A DNA stretch of 64,000 nucleotides from Carcharhinus amblyrhynchos (lineage: Eukaryota). Below are positions 12,914-25,486 of this stretch, piece after piece. The number at the start of each line of letters is the position of its first letter. The stretch's first letter is position 1. The stretch is from assembly GCA_965287045.1 (NCBI GenBank), contig OZ336890.1:34968001-35032000 (forward strand), given 5' to 3'. The position numbers were made by a program, and so were the translations under genes. The notes beneath the pieces were generated by a model, which worked only from the letters and a program-made list of their open reading frames with translations, searched no databases and was not told the DNA's origin.

Positions 12914-13330
12914 AGGAACATAGGAACAGAGTTGGCCATTCAGTCCTGCCCCAGCATTTAATAAGATCATGGCTGATCTGATTGTGGCCTTAACTTCTGC
13001 ATAGCAAAAGATCAAAGAACAATATAACACAGGAACAAGCCTTTCAGCCCACTAATTATGCGTCAATACATGATTTCTATTCCCTTGTTTGTCTCCACTT
13101 CATGTGTCTATCAAGATATACCTTGAATGTTGCTAATGTGTCTGCTTCCACCACCTCCTCCACTGGCAGTGCGTTCCAGGCACCCACCACCCTCTATGTG
13201 AAAAACTTTCCCCACACGTCTCCCCTAAACTTACTACCTCTCACCTTAAACATGTGCCCTCCTGTAGTCCCTTCCACCCTGGGAAAAAACCTCTGACTAT
13301 TTACCCTATCTACGCTGCTTATAATTCTGA
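12914..13330 (-). mobile_element. Two adjacent CR1 3' fragments (about 12914-13000 and 13013-13330)
   Basis: CR1 3' UTR motifs; second piece is homologous to 18171-18510. Confidence 0.8.
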
Positions 13331-13602
13331 AGACTCTTGACTATAGAGTGTCCTCATGTTAATTTCCTACGCAAGATCTGCTTTATTGCGACGATGAACG
13401 ATGCAAACCTTTGAGAGCCACGCTTCTATTTTAGCCAAGCTTTTGATCATATTCTCTCATTAGCACTACACTTTACAGAGTATGTACAGAATCAGCGCAC
13501 AGCGGGTTCCAATTTATGGAATCAACTTTTTAAGTTAAACTGGCGCTTGGTAACTTGAGTTAATGGTTGGCGTTATTCCAGAGTGAGGTACAACGAGACT
13601 CG

Positions 13603-13773
13603 AAACCAAAACCAGAAAGTGCTGGAAACAGTCAGCAGGACTTCCCACTTCTGTGGAGAGAAGTAAATATTTTGGTTCTAATGCAAGTTTATGCCTGAAG
13701 CATTCATGTGCTCAACCACAGGTCCTGACTACTTGATGAGTATCTTCTGCATTTGCTTCTGTTTTTGTTTCCA
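13603..13773. mobile_element. Degraded Penelope-type inverted pair
   Basis: aaaaccagaaagtgctggaaacagtcagcagg is mirrored by ttgatgagtatcttctgcatt..ttctgtttttg; same family as 41781-41970. Confidence 0.55.
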
Positions 13774-15829
13774 GCCTCCATTATATTTGATTTTTGTTTG
13801 AGAGTGTGGGGAATCCATTTAGTTCTGGTACCGAGTTGGGCTTCCATTCCTTTTAGGGTGCATTTATCCCATTTGTATGGAGGAATTTAATCCAGGCGAT
13901 GGGGATAGCCAGCGAGAGCCCCACTTCCCCTTCTTTGGAGGAAGGCCACCAGGGTAAGCAAGCATCTGGGATTTCCTGGGACTGATGTGTAATTTAGCAT
14001 TCTGTCCCAGGCCTTTTCCAGGATGCACTGTGTGTCCTGCATTTCTTACCTCTCTGCTAGCTTCATGTGAATGCCTTGAACTAGGCAAGTTGCTGCTGTG
14101 GGTTTGACCATTTCCAGAGGCTGTTCTGTGGGGGTGGGGGAAGTTCTGAATCAGCAGTTTCAGACTTGGAGAACGTCACCCGATTGAGGCAAGGATCCAT
14201 CCCCACCCCCTTCCCACAGTCTTGGCAATTCCCCTTTCCCTCCACAGTCTCACTACATCAAATGCCATTCAGGCACTTAAGTGAACAGCGGTGATCCTGT
14301 GATCCTACCCTGGGATCAAGGCCCTCGGGTCGGGGTGGGGGGAGGTGGCATGGAAATCCTGACTCTCCCCAGAGCTTTTGGTCAATTAGAAGCTGGCAGG
14401 TTATCGTTGCTGTCAGCGCCTCTGGCTAGGTGGTTCTAGATGCAGGAACTGCATTCACCTGAGACCCAGAATCAGTGAGGGACTCCATTCCACCATCTGC
14501 CCCCAACCCCCCCACAGGGCTACAGGTGAGTGAGAGTGGAATGGGGCTCGGTGGGGGGGGATGGGGTTTGCTGGCTGAGGGTACACAGGCGGGCAAGAAG
14601 AGGGAGCATGAGTGGCTTTCAATGCCAGCACTCCACACCCCCGCCCTACCTTCCCAATGTCAGACCTCTCAATCAGACATTTAGAGCATGACATTAAGAG
14701 ATTCCCCACTCCTGCCTATCACTGCCCTCCAAGAAAACCCAACAGGGGTTCGCTTTTCAGACTTCCAGCATGACGACTCTCCCATCGTCATTGGTCGAAT
14801 ACCAACTGGTGTAGGATGAGGCCTTTAGGTAGGCATTAAATGCGTATTTGAGAACCTCAATAGGAACATAATGTGTAAATGTCACACAAAAGCCTTACAG
14901 CCCCAGAGCATAATCAAAGTTGGTGGATTTTCCATCCCTCACTTTCTAGACCAATTAAATGCCCCCTTACCTTCATGAAAGACATTCATTCCACCCAAAA
15001 TGAAGGTTCTGACTTGTTCTTTGCTAGAATAGCATTCAGAGCTCACTGTACGTCATAGGACCTTTACTGCATATTAAAAGATGCAATGCCTTGAGCAGGC
15101 TGCAATTAGTTGTTCAGTTGTAAGCAAATGTTTCAAAATGGCAGCAGCTGAAAGAAATACAGAAGGGCAGTAAATACTAAGCCGCCATTTTAACAGCATC
15201 ATTGGTGCATTTACACAAATCGGGACAAATTAAACGCAAACCCCAAACTCTTGTGAAACAATGTGGGATGTTTGATTACATTAAAGGTGCTATCTAAATA
15301 CAACTTGTTATTCTTTATTCCATTGGTTTATTTGTCAATCGTTAAAACGCAGTGTTATATGTCTTCACATCGTGAAACCATTGCTATAGAAAAATGAATC
15401 AGGCTGCAAGCATCTTGGATGCACATTGTTATAAGTGTGTCAACATTGGGGCGATCGAGTTGCTGTTTTGAGTTGATATTATCAGACATTGTCTTGGATT
15501 ATTTGTTTCTGGGTGATCCTGGAGCAAAGCAGCTTGAAGCAATGAGGTGGGGAGGTCGATCAGTGAAAGCCTGCCCCTGAACTGGCCCAGTAATGTTTTT
15601 CTGCCTCCCTCCCTGAGCAGGAATGTCAGCTGCACGGTCTTTGACTGTCACCACGGAGTTAAATGATGGCAGGGCTTGGGATCCCAGCTGCTTATCCTTA
15701 TATCAAGCACTGTTACAAAACAAATAAGGAGAGAGGGTGCAGAATGGAGAGGAACCAGGTATTAGGAGTCAGGGCTTTCTTAAGCTCTTAACTGCACATC
15801 ATTTCAGGATCTCTGCTACTTTTAACAAA

Positions 15830-16640
15830 AACTCTACACCTCCCTGCAGCACCACAATGAGTTTCCTCCATTATGGACCCTTCCTCTGCAGCCTGGTAGC
15901 AGCTGAGGGGCAAATGGCCACTGGGCCCACCTCCTCAAGCCCCAGTAGGGCCCAAGGCACTGGGCCAGGGTGTGAGTGCCAGGGTGCCAGTGGGCAGAGC
16001 GCTGTTAGCACTGTCAAGATGCTTAGCCTGAAGTGAGGCTGAGAGGAGGTTCTGACAGAGAAAGGGGGCCTGCGTGGGGGGATCTGAGGGGAAGGGGGCC
16101 TGAGTGGGGGTGGGGGCCTGATGGAGAAAGTGGGGCTGAGTTGGGGGTCTGAGGGGAGCTGAGTGGGGTTTTGGACTGAGTGGGGGCGGGGGTTCTGAGG
16201 GGAAGGGGGGCTGAGTGGGGGATCTGATGGATAAAGGGTGCCTGAGTTGGGGGTCTGAGGGGAGGAGGGGAGAACTGAGTGAGGGAGTTAGGTCACATCT
16301 CCCTCATACCAGTGTGGTGTGGGGGGTGTTATGCATTATTTATGGGTGGCAGGGAAGGATGCCCCCCTTTGATTAGGGATTGGTTGTGTTCCACTGGGCA
16401 ATGCGGAGCCACCATTTATGTTTGTGTGGGAGGGGGTCCTATCACCGAGCGTAGAGATTGGGGCACCATTCAAAATGGTCTCGGAACAGCGGGTCTGGCT
16501 GGTGGGTTGCCCAGTATGAATAAATTAGCATCTATTAGTTGGGAGAATCCCACCGGATAGACGCTGTTAGCACCAGTGAGAAACCCTCCAGGTTCCCCAT
16601 TGCTGTGGGCACAAAGTCCCAATTTGAGAGAATCGCGGCC
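15830..16640. mobile_element. GC-rich repeat with G-rich low-complexity core, ending in the TIR-family motif
   Basis: (ctgagtggggg/ctgaggggaaggggg)n at about 16035-16285; right end gagagaatcgcggcc. Confidence 0.5.
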
Positions 16641-18067
16641 GAGGTCCAACTAAGGGAAAATGTGAGGCAATTTAATACACAGTTACTACACTGGTACAGA
16701 GAAACTCTTAGACTTGTGGCATGCTACAGTAGAGTTTTCAACAAGCCTCCCTTCTATGTTTGCAGCTGATCATATCCTCCAGAAGGGCTTTGGCCCCATT
16801 TTTGAAATTAGGCAGCTGAGGTACACTGACTGCAGAAGCTCTGAAAAAAAAATCCCAAAGAAAATTGAACAAAACATTTAATTGCACCACCCTTAAATCT
16901 CCAGACACGTTCTTGCAGCTGTTTTCTAGAATTTTCTCCACCCTTTTCTATGGCTAATCTCCAAATTGATTTCTTCAGTCTGACACCCTAAATAGGTCAT
17001 TATTGGGTACAGGTATTTGTATACGATGCCTCAGCAGAAACACAATAAAGAAGGATGTTTTAATTAAGTTTAAACACATGCTTTGTTTATTTTTGCGACA
17101 TCCTGGATTTTGCCAGGCAGCTCGAACCCTCAACACAAATACAATGGGTTCTTCCCTGTTGCAATATAGGGATTGGACTGAGTACAGATAGGAGAGATGG
17201 CAGACTCATTCAGCATGGAAAATGTCCAAAGGAAAGGATATTATGTCTTCAAGAAAGCTTCAACAGGATGCATCTTAGGAACAAGCAGTCTTGTTAGCGT
17301 AGGCCAAGTTTGGAGCCAGGTTTACAAAAACCTAATTCAATTCGATCTTTGCAGTCTGGTGAGGACTCCCAAATGACGCTGGTCAAAGAAAACGCCCCCA
17401 AAACTGGACAGATATCAACTGAGTGGCAAGTCAGCTGTAAGCTGTTTTCAGTTAAAAAAACATTCAACATTGTATTGTCCAGAAATCAATCAAAATAAAA
17501 TGTGGATGATGCCAAAACTCTGCTGTATGCCAATAATTGATTGGGGAATGTAGCAAAGATTCAGGTACAAATATTAGAGGACCTGATATTATTTTGCTGG
17601 CATTTACCTAATGTGCTTAGTGATTTTTCCAGCAGCCAGCACTTGAACTCTTGATAGCTTCCTGGATGATGCTTCACTGAGGAATCAATTTAGTTTCCCT
17701 AATGCTGCAGATTCTCTCCAAGGCTCAATTAAATGTTAGTGTGGGCATGGATTACTGGAAGAAGGCTGTTGTAAATGACTTCTTATGCGTTACCAAGAAA
17801 ACATAACTGGGAAAAATCTTACATTTAGACAAGTGTCTGTCAAGAACCCAGTAAATTTCGAGCTACACACATGTTCACAGTTGTACATGGCTGGCTTGAC
17901 CATCCTCATTTTACACTGCACAGTCACAAATAATTGATCAACCTAAAGGTCTAAAGAAAACTGTCTACACATTATTAGCTGAGGCTCAGTTGATAGCACT
18001 GAGTCCTAAGGTTCTGGGTTCAACTTCTACTTCTGCTTAAGCACAAAAGCCAAGAATGACACTTCTG

Positions 18068-18170
18068 TGCAGCACTGAAGGAGTGCTGTATTGTCAGAGC
18101 ATCAGTACTGAGGGAGTGCTACACTGTCAGAGGATCAGTACTGAGGGAGTGCTGCACTGTCAGAGGGTCA
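18068..18170 (+). repeat. 33-bp minisatellite, left remnant (about 3 units)
   Basis: cagtactgagggagtgctgcactgtcagagggt units. Confidence 0.9.
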
Positions 18171-20120
18171 AAAAACAAAGAACAGTGCAGCACAGGAAAC
18201 AGGCCCTTCAGCCCACCAAGCCTCTGCTGCTCATTGGTCCAACTAGACCATTCGTTTGTATCCCTCCATTCCCAGTCTGCTCATGTGACTATCCAGGTAA
18301 GTCTTAAATGATCCCAGCGTGTCCACCTCCACCACCCTACTTGGCAGCGCATTCCAGGTCCCCACCACCCTCTGCGTAAAAAACGTCCTTCTGATATCTG
18401 AGTTATACCTCGCCCCTCTCACCTTGAGCCTGTGACCCCTCGTGATTGTCACCTCCGACCTGGGAAAAAGCTTCCCACTGTTCACCCTATCTATACCCTT
18501 CATAATTTTGTACAACTCTATCCTCATTCTCCATCTTTCCAGGGAGAACAACCCCAGTTTACCCAATCTCTCCTCATAGCTAAGACCCTCCATACCAGGC
18601 AACACCTGGTAAACCTCCTCTGCACTTTCTCCAAAGCCTCCATGTCCTTCTGGTAGTGTGGCAACCAGAACTGGATGCAGTACTCCAAATGTGACCTAAC
18701 CAATGTTCTCTACAGCTGCAACATCAGGCTCCAGTTTTTATACTCTATACCCCACCCTATAAAGGCAAGCATGCTATATGCCTTCTTCACCACCTTCTCC
18801 ACCTGTGCTGCCACCTTCAAGGATTTGTGGACTTGCACACCTAGATCCCTCTGTGTTTCTATACTCTTGATAGTTCTGCCATTTATTGTATAACTCCTCC
18901 CTACATTAGTTCTTCCAAAATGCATCACTTCGCATTTATCTGGATTAAATTCCATCTGCCATTTCTCTGCCCAATTTGCCAGCCTATCTGTATCTTGCTG
19001 TATTGCCCGACAATGTTCATTGCTATCAGCAAGTCCAGCCATCTTCGTGTCATCTGCAAACTTACTGATCACACCAGTTACAAATCATTTATATATTTAT
19101 CACAAATAGCAGAGGTTCCAGTACAGAGCCCTCAGGCACACCACTGGTCACAGAACTCCAGCCGGAAAAAGACCCTTCGACCGCTACCCTCTGTCTCCTG
19201 TGGCCAAGCCAGTTCTCTACCCATCCTCTCCTGTATCCCATGAGCCTTTACCTTTTTCACCAACCTGCCATGAGGGACTTTGTCAAACGCCTTACTGAAA
19301 TCCACATAGATGACATCCACGGCCCTTCCTTCATCAACCGTTTTTGTCACCTCCTCAAAAAACTCCACCAAATTTGTAAGGTACGACCTCCCTCTTACAA
19401 AACCATGCTGTCTGTCACTAATGAGATTGTTCCGTTCTAAATGTGCATACATCCCATCTCTAAGAATCCTCTCCAACAACTTCCCTACCACGGGCATCAA
19501 GCTCACTGGCCTATAATTACCCGGGTTATCCCTGCTATTCTTCATAAATAATGGTACCACATTTGCTATCTTCCAATCCTTTGGGACCTCACCTGTGTCC
19601 AATGAAGAGACAAAGATTTCTGTCAGAGGCCCAGCAATTTCATCTCTTGTCTCCCTGAGCAGTCTAGGATAGATGCCATCAGGCCCTGGGGATTTGTCAG
19701 TTTTAATGTTCCCTAAAAAACTTAACACTTCCTCCCTTGTAATGGAGATTTTCTCTAAAGGGTCAACACCTCCCTCTGAGACACTCCCAGTCAACACGTC
19801 CCTCTCCTTTGTGAATACTGATGCAAAGTATTCATTTAGGATCTCCCCCATTCCCTTGGGTTCTAAGCATAATTCCTCTCCTTTGTCCCTGAGAGGTCCG
19901 ATTTTTTCTCTAACAACTCTTTTGTTCCTAACATACGAATAAAATGCCTTAGGATTCTCCTTAATCCTGTCTGCCAAGAACATTTTGTGACTTCTTTTTG
20001 CCCTTCTAACTCCCTGTTTGAGTTCTTTCCTACTTTCTCTGTATTCCTCCAGAGCTCCATCTGGTTTCAGTTGCCTGGACCTAACATACGCCTCTCTTTT
20101 CTTTTTTTTCTTTTTTTTAC
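18171..20120 (-). mobile_element. CR1 LINE, about 1.95 kb, 5' truncated, with RT
   Basis: KSPGPDGIYPRLL, NYRPVSL, QHGFVRGRSYLTNL, DFSKAFDKVPH, ISKFADDTK, RTFFTQRVVGTWNALP; frameshifts and deletions. Confidence 0.97.
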
Positions 20121-20125
20121 TGTAC

Positions 20126-20992
20126 TCAGTAGTGAGGGAGTGCTGCACTGATAGAGGGTCAGCACTGAGGGATTGCTGCACTAATAGAGGATCAGCACTG
20201 AGGGAGTCTGCATTGATAGAGAGTCAATAATGAGGGAGTGCTGCGCTATCAGAGGATCAGTACTGAGGGAGTCTGCATTGATAGAGGATCAGTACTGAGG
20301 GAGTCTGCATTGATAGAGGGTCAGTAATGAGGGAGTGCTGCGCTATCTGAGGATCAGTACTGAGGGAGTCTGCATTGATAGAGGGTCAGTACTGAGGGAG
20401 TCTGCATTGATAGAGGGTCAGTAGTGAGGGAGTGCTGCACTGTCAGAGGGTCAGTACTGAGGGAGTGCTGCACTGTCAGAGGGTCAGTACTGAGGGAGTG
20501 CTGCACTGTCAGAGGGTCAGTACTGAGGGAGTGCTGCACTGTCAGAGGGTCAGTACTGAGGGAGTGCTGCACTGTCAGAGGGCCAGTACTGAGAGAGTGC
20601 TGCACTGTCAGAGGGTCAGTACTGAGGGAATGCTGCACTGTCAGAGGGTCAGTCCTGAGGGAGTGCTGCACTGTCAGTGGATCAGTACTGAGGGAGTGCT
20701 GCACTGTCAGAGGGTCAGTACTGAGGGAGTGCTGCACTGTCAGAGGGTCAGTACTGAGGGAGTGCTGCACTGTCAGAGGGTCAGTACTGAGGGAGTGCTG
20801 CACTGTCGGAGGGTCAGTACTGAGGGAGTGCTGCACTGTCAGAGGGTCAGTACTGAGGGAGTGCTGCACTGTCAGAGGGTCAGTACTGAGGGAGTGCTGC
20901 ACTGTCAGAGGGTCAGTACTGAGGGAGTGCCCCACAGTCTGAGGATCAGTACTGAGGGAGTGTCCTACTGTCTGAGGATTAATGCTGAGGGA
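20126..20992 (+). repeat. 33-bp minisatellite (about 26 units)
   Basis: Tandem CAGTACTGAGGGAGTGCTGCACTGTCAGAGGGT, with a 32-bp gtctgcattgatag variant in the first third. Confidence 0.97.
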
Positions 20993-21337
20993 CTGTAGTG
21001 TAGATGAAAATGTAATCCAGGGTTCCAACTGCCTGCTCAGGCACTATCTTGAAGAACAACAGAAGATTTGCATCCAGAATCCTGACTAATATCTAGGTAT
21101 CAATCAACATCACAATAGCAGACTTTCTGGTCATTATCACGTCGCTGTTTGTGGGAGATTGCAGTGTGCAAATTTACCACCACATTTCCTGCATTGCAAC
21201 AGTGGTTACAGTTTAAAAGTTCTTCACTGTCTGTAAAGACATCTGGCAGTCGTGCAAATGCTATATAAATGCAAATGTTGCTTTTCATACGTAAATGCTT
21301 TGAATGTAGCATTTATCTACATATATGGTACATTCAA

Positions 21338-21668
21338 ACATGGTGGCACAGTGGTTAGCACTACTGCCACACAGTGCCAGGAACCTGGGTTCAATTCCTT
21401 GGGTTCAATTCCTCGCTTGGGTCACTGTCTGTGTGGAGTTTGCACATTCTCCCCATGTTTGCATGGGTTTCCTCCGGGCGCTCCAGTTTCCTCCTACACT
21501 CCAAAGATGTGCAGGTTAGTTGATTGGCCGTGCTAAAATTGACTCTTTGTGTCGGGGGATTAGCAGGATAAATAATTATCTGACAGTGATAGGGCCTGAG
21601 TGGGATTGTTGTCGGTGCAGGCTTGATGGACCAAATGGCCTCCTTCTGCACTGTCGGGATTCTATGAT
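21338..21668 (+). mobile_element. HE1/V-SINE type A with duplicated B box
   Basis: Full head, body and tail; tgggttcaattcct is tandemly duplicated near 21387-21414. Confidence 0.93.
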
Positions 21669-22517
21669 CTATCTTACAGCAAAATGTCTTACTTTGCAAA
21701 GTATGTTCTTAAGTTTCACCTGGCTGGCTCAAATATTTATAAAACAGCAACAAATGACAAATTGAACAAAGTGGAAAAAGGCTTTCCAAAAGAAACTAAG
21801 TCAATTCTATTTCTAGTTTCTGCCTGGTCACCTGGCCTAACCCTGAGGTGGAGAGAAATCTAGAAAATATTCTTTCAGCAATCAGCCTATCTTTGACTCC
21901 AGAATGCGTCTGCTTCCAATTCCATGTTTTCTTCTTCAGAATAGTCACCTGAGCAATGATTTAAGAGAAAACTCAGAGCAGACATGACTTTACTTGGGTA
22001 TCTAAGTAATGCATCAGTGTTTCAGGCCCCAGCCTATCAGAAAATCTAAGTTGTTTGCGGTGAACTGCTTTATTATATTGTAAATTACGGTTATCAGGCA
22101 GCCATAATACTTAATGGTGTTTTTAAAGCTACTTGGTTTTTCACAATTTGTCAAGCTTAAATTATATCTACAATTATTGTAGAAGTAAGCACTCTTTTTT
22201 ATTCATTTGTCCTTGTTTTGTATTCACACTGATTGCACAAGGTACTATTTCTCAACTCTTTACACAGGTCAGCAGTATTGAGCTGCCTTCTTCTTGATTA
22301 TCAGAGTTTTAATCTCCCATAAATTGCTGTTCTTTCTGATGCAGTGTATTCTTGTCTGTTTACGAATATCAATCAAATGGTTCCTAAAATCCTCTCACCT
22401 CCTTTTATGGGATTGGATAAAAAGAATGAAGAGGATCATTTGGATCACTTTGGTATACAGGCCCAGCAAGAAAACCTAAAGTCATCTCACTTATAGCATC
22501 CAACTATTTCTTATCAT

Positions 22518-22906
22518 GGAATCATAGAATCCCTACAGTGCAGAAAGAGACCATCCAGCCCATCGCATCTGCGCTGACTCTCCAAAAGAGCATTTTACCC
22601 AGACACTATCCCCAAAACCCCATGCATTTACCCCATTAATACCCCCAACCTATACATCTTGGGACCCAAAGGGGCAATTTAGCATGGTCAATCAACCTAA
22701 CCTACACACCTTTGGACTGTGGGAGGAAACCAGAGCACCCGGGGAAATCCACGCAGCCAAGGGGAGAATGTACAAACTCCACATAGACTGGAATTGAGCT
22801 CGGGGGGTGGCGGGGGGTGGTGTGGGGTGAGTGTGATACTCTTTCGGAGAGTCAGTGCAAAGTGGATGGGCTGAATGGCCTCTTTCTGCACAGTAGGAGT
22901 TCTATG
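22518..22906. mobile_element. Minus-strand headless V-SINE joined to a plus-strand SINE tail
   Basis: 22523-22600 and 22825-22906 are reverse-complementary type A tails. Confidence 0.85.
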
Positions 22907-23129
22907 GAACTTCTGATCAGAATCACAAGTATTGGGTACACATTAGCTAATATTGACGGACTGCAAAATCAATGCATTAATGAAACCAAAATGTGATAGA
23001 ATGTTTTCCCTTTGTTTAACTATTAGAAGTTTATTTACCCTGTAGCTGAAAATGAACTATAAAAATCCCTTAGTGCGGTGTTACTAATTTCCCTGTTATA
23101 GGTTTTCATTGTTAGTGAGCCTGCAGCAA

Positions 23130-23400
23130 ATGTGAGGTGGTAAGGATTCCACAGTGAAACAAATTGCCCCTTCTCCCTTTCAGAGGATGTGGGGGTTGTG
23201 GCTGCAGCAAACCTGCTGCAAATTTCAACTCTGTGTCCAGTCAGTGATTTAATGAGCAGACATTTCATAAATCAATGCCAATTGCGGTCTGTTCAAGCCA
23301 CCCTGACCTACTGTGTGACCTGTGAGGTCGACAGTATTAATGGGATTTCAGTGTGTCTTTACGTTTCCCAAATCTGATTGGACAGGTCCAATCCCAATAT
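23130..23400. promoter_or_regulatory. Candidate enhancer / conserved non-coding element
   Basis: Unique sequence with TGATTTA/TAAATCA inverted pair, TGACCT half-sites and a GATTGGAC-ag-GTCCAATC palindrome; conservation not tested. Confidence 0.3.
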
Positions 23401-23957
23401 TTTTATAACTATTAAACAAAACATTAAAAGGAAATGAGAACAAAAGCTTTATTTTAAAGGCCTTTTGATTTTTCTCCTGGATATCGCTTGAAACAGTGTT
23501 CAGGAAATTAATCTTTAACTTCTTTCATTCAAGTTTCTTATGCCTGATTGCTGGATTCTCCACTTCCATTGTCTTTAGGTGAACTTGATTAGAACTGAAA
23601 GCGGCATCTTGTGAACTTCTAGAGATCTTGCTTAACGCAAGATCAGGGGATGCTTGGGCCCAGTTGTTGTTGTATGTTCACCAAGACCCACAAAGAGGTC
23701 CTGAGTCTTTTATGGTTGAACATTCAGTGTTTATCGATCAGACATATTTATGAGCATATATCCAGGGGACATCCCAAGCAATGAGCTAACTCCATGCTTG
23801 CTTTTACACAGGTCTCTGTCCAGTTCACAACCGACTGTAATCTCAGGTCATGTGTCTTGGTACATCGCATTGCTTCCCAGTCCCATATCAATCCTTGCTG
23901 TGCCAGATACTCTTATATTGGGAGCTGCATCTTCTGATTATCATAGAATAATCACAG

Positions 23958-24540
23958 AACCACGGAATTGCTATAGTGCAGAAGAGGTCCATTCGGTCCA
24001 TCGATCCTGTACTGAGAACAATCCCGTCCAGACCCGATCTCTGTAACCCCATGTAGTTACCCTGCTAATCTTCCCGAGGGGCAAGTTAGCATGGCCAATC
24101 AACCTAGCCCACACATCTGGTTAGTACTGCTGCTTCACAGCACCAGAGACTCAGGTTGGATTCCTGACTTGGGTCACTGACTGTGTGGAGTTTGCACATT
24201 CTCCCCGTGTCTGCATGGTTGTCCTCCGGGTGCTCCGGCTTCCTCCCACTGTCCAGATTTGTGCGGGTTAGGTGGATTGGCCATGCTAACTTGCCCCTTA
24301 GTGTCAGAGAGACTAGCTAGGGTAAATGCATTGGGTTATGGGGATAAGATATGGGTGGAATTGTGGTCGGTAAAGATTCGATGGGCCAAACGGTCTCATT
24401 CTATACTGTAGGATTCTATGGATCTTTTTGCAGTGTGAGAGGAAACAGGAGCACCCAAAGGAAATCTACGCAGACACCCGAAGCCAGAATTGAATCCAGG
24501 TCCCTGGAGTTGTGAGGCAGTAATGCTAACCACTGTACCA
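23958..24540 (-). mobile_element. V-SINE type A containing a nested opposite-strand SINE
   Basis: Outer copy stops at cacatct (about 24118) and resumes at atctttttgcagtgtgagagg (about 24422). Confidence 0.88.
24119..24420 (+). mobile_element. Nested V-SINE type A
   Basis: ggttagtactgctgc through ggattctatg. Confidence 0.9.
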
Positions 24541-25486
24541 CTTATTAGGGAGTCAGACTACTGATTTGCTTTCAGCACTCCTGTTGCTCCCTATGCCAAC
24601 ACCAGTCCTATTTTATTCGGTCACGATTGTGCTGAATAAAACTGCTAAAGTCTGAGAAAAGCCTTTGCTTTAACATGTACCCAGGCTACGATTGTGTGCC
24701 TCCAATAAGACAGACACTAAGGCATGTCTGATATGTGCAACATTAGCACTTAAATCTGTTTAACATTTGGGTAACCAGCCATATGGTCCATCAGAAAAGG
24801 AAAAACAAATCAAGAGCAGCTTTTGAGCCAACTCCTCAGTTTTTCACATGAGATTATGTTTGCACAGCACAAAAGGGAAATCAGATCCTTGAATATTTTC
24901 TTGTGTTCTTCATCAACCTTTTGATATTTTGCATTGTAGTATTTTATTCCGAAGTTAATATATACTGGGCTGGTCTCGTTGGGGAGTGGAGGGGGTTGAT
25001 GGTGAATTCTCAGTGTCTGCTATCATTAGCCCTCTGAAACTGACCATGGCTTCAGAGCACAGTTTAACTCAGAAATCTGAAGTTTCAGTCTGTCGTTCAG
25101 GGCCTTGACGCAGACTGTGTTGTGGAACCAACCCCTACAAGGGGCAATTGTTCAAATCACCAAGAATTTCGATTTACCAAACAGCAGCCCTTCCCCCCAC
25201 CCCACAAACTCGACACTGCCTTTGTAAATCCTTTAACTGTTACCCCTGGTTCAGTCAGGTGAGTTTTTAATAGCAGTAGGTAAATAAAATGTAACAACCA
25301 ACAGAACTGGCCCTAAACAAAATTCTTGAAGAGTGCTGTCAAATGATTTATTAGCAGATTTTTTAGAAACTAAATCTACCTTCATCCTGCTTGTATATCC
25401 CAATCTTTAATTTTTGCCATTTCAAGATTTTTATAAGTGATTTTATTTTACTGTTCTTTGTTTCCTGTTTAGGTAACTGTGAAAAT

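Larger units (their letters stand above)
17977..21286 (+). mobile_element. Deu-domain SINE (SacSINE1/AmnSINE1-like) expanded by a minisatellite and a CR1
   Basis: Head ggctcagttgatagcact..gggttcaac; after the array ggcactatcttgaagaa..tctggtcattatcac..gctgtttgtgggag..gctatataaatgcaa, as in Deu-SINE body and L2-type tail. Confidence 0.75.

Noticed and set aside
16738-16880. Strong minus-strand acceptor followed by ASAVSVPQLPNFKNGAKALLEDMISC
   Set aside because: All three frames stop before a good donor, and the peptide is not recognised.
20092-20118. T-run as the poly(A) tail of a separate insertion
   Set aside because: It lies at the CR1 5' junction and extends a naturally Lys-rich (KKKREAY) stretch.
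20354-21028. Cys/His-rich repeat ORFs on both strands
   Set aside because: Translations of the 33-bp SINE-derived minisatellite.
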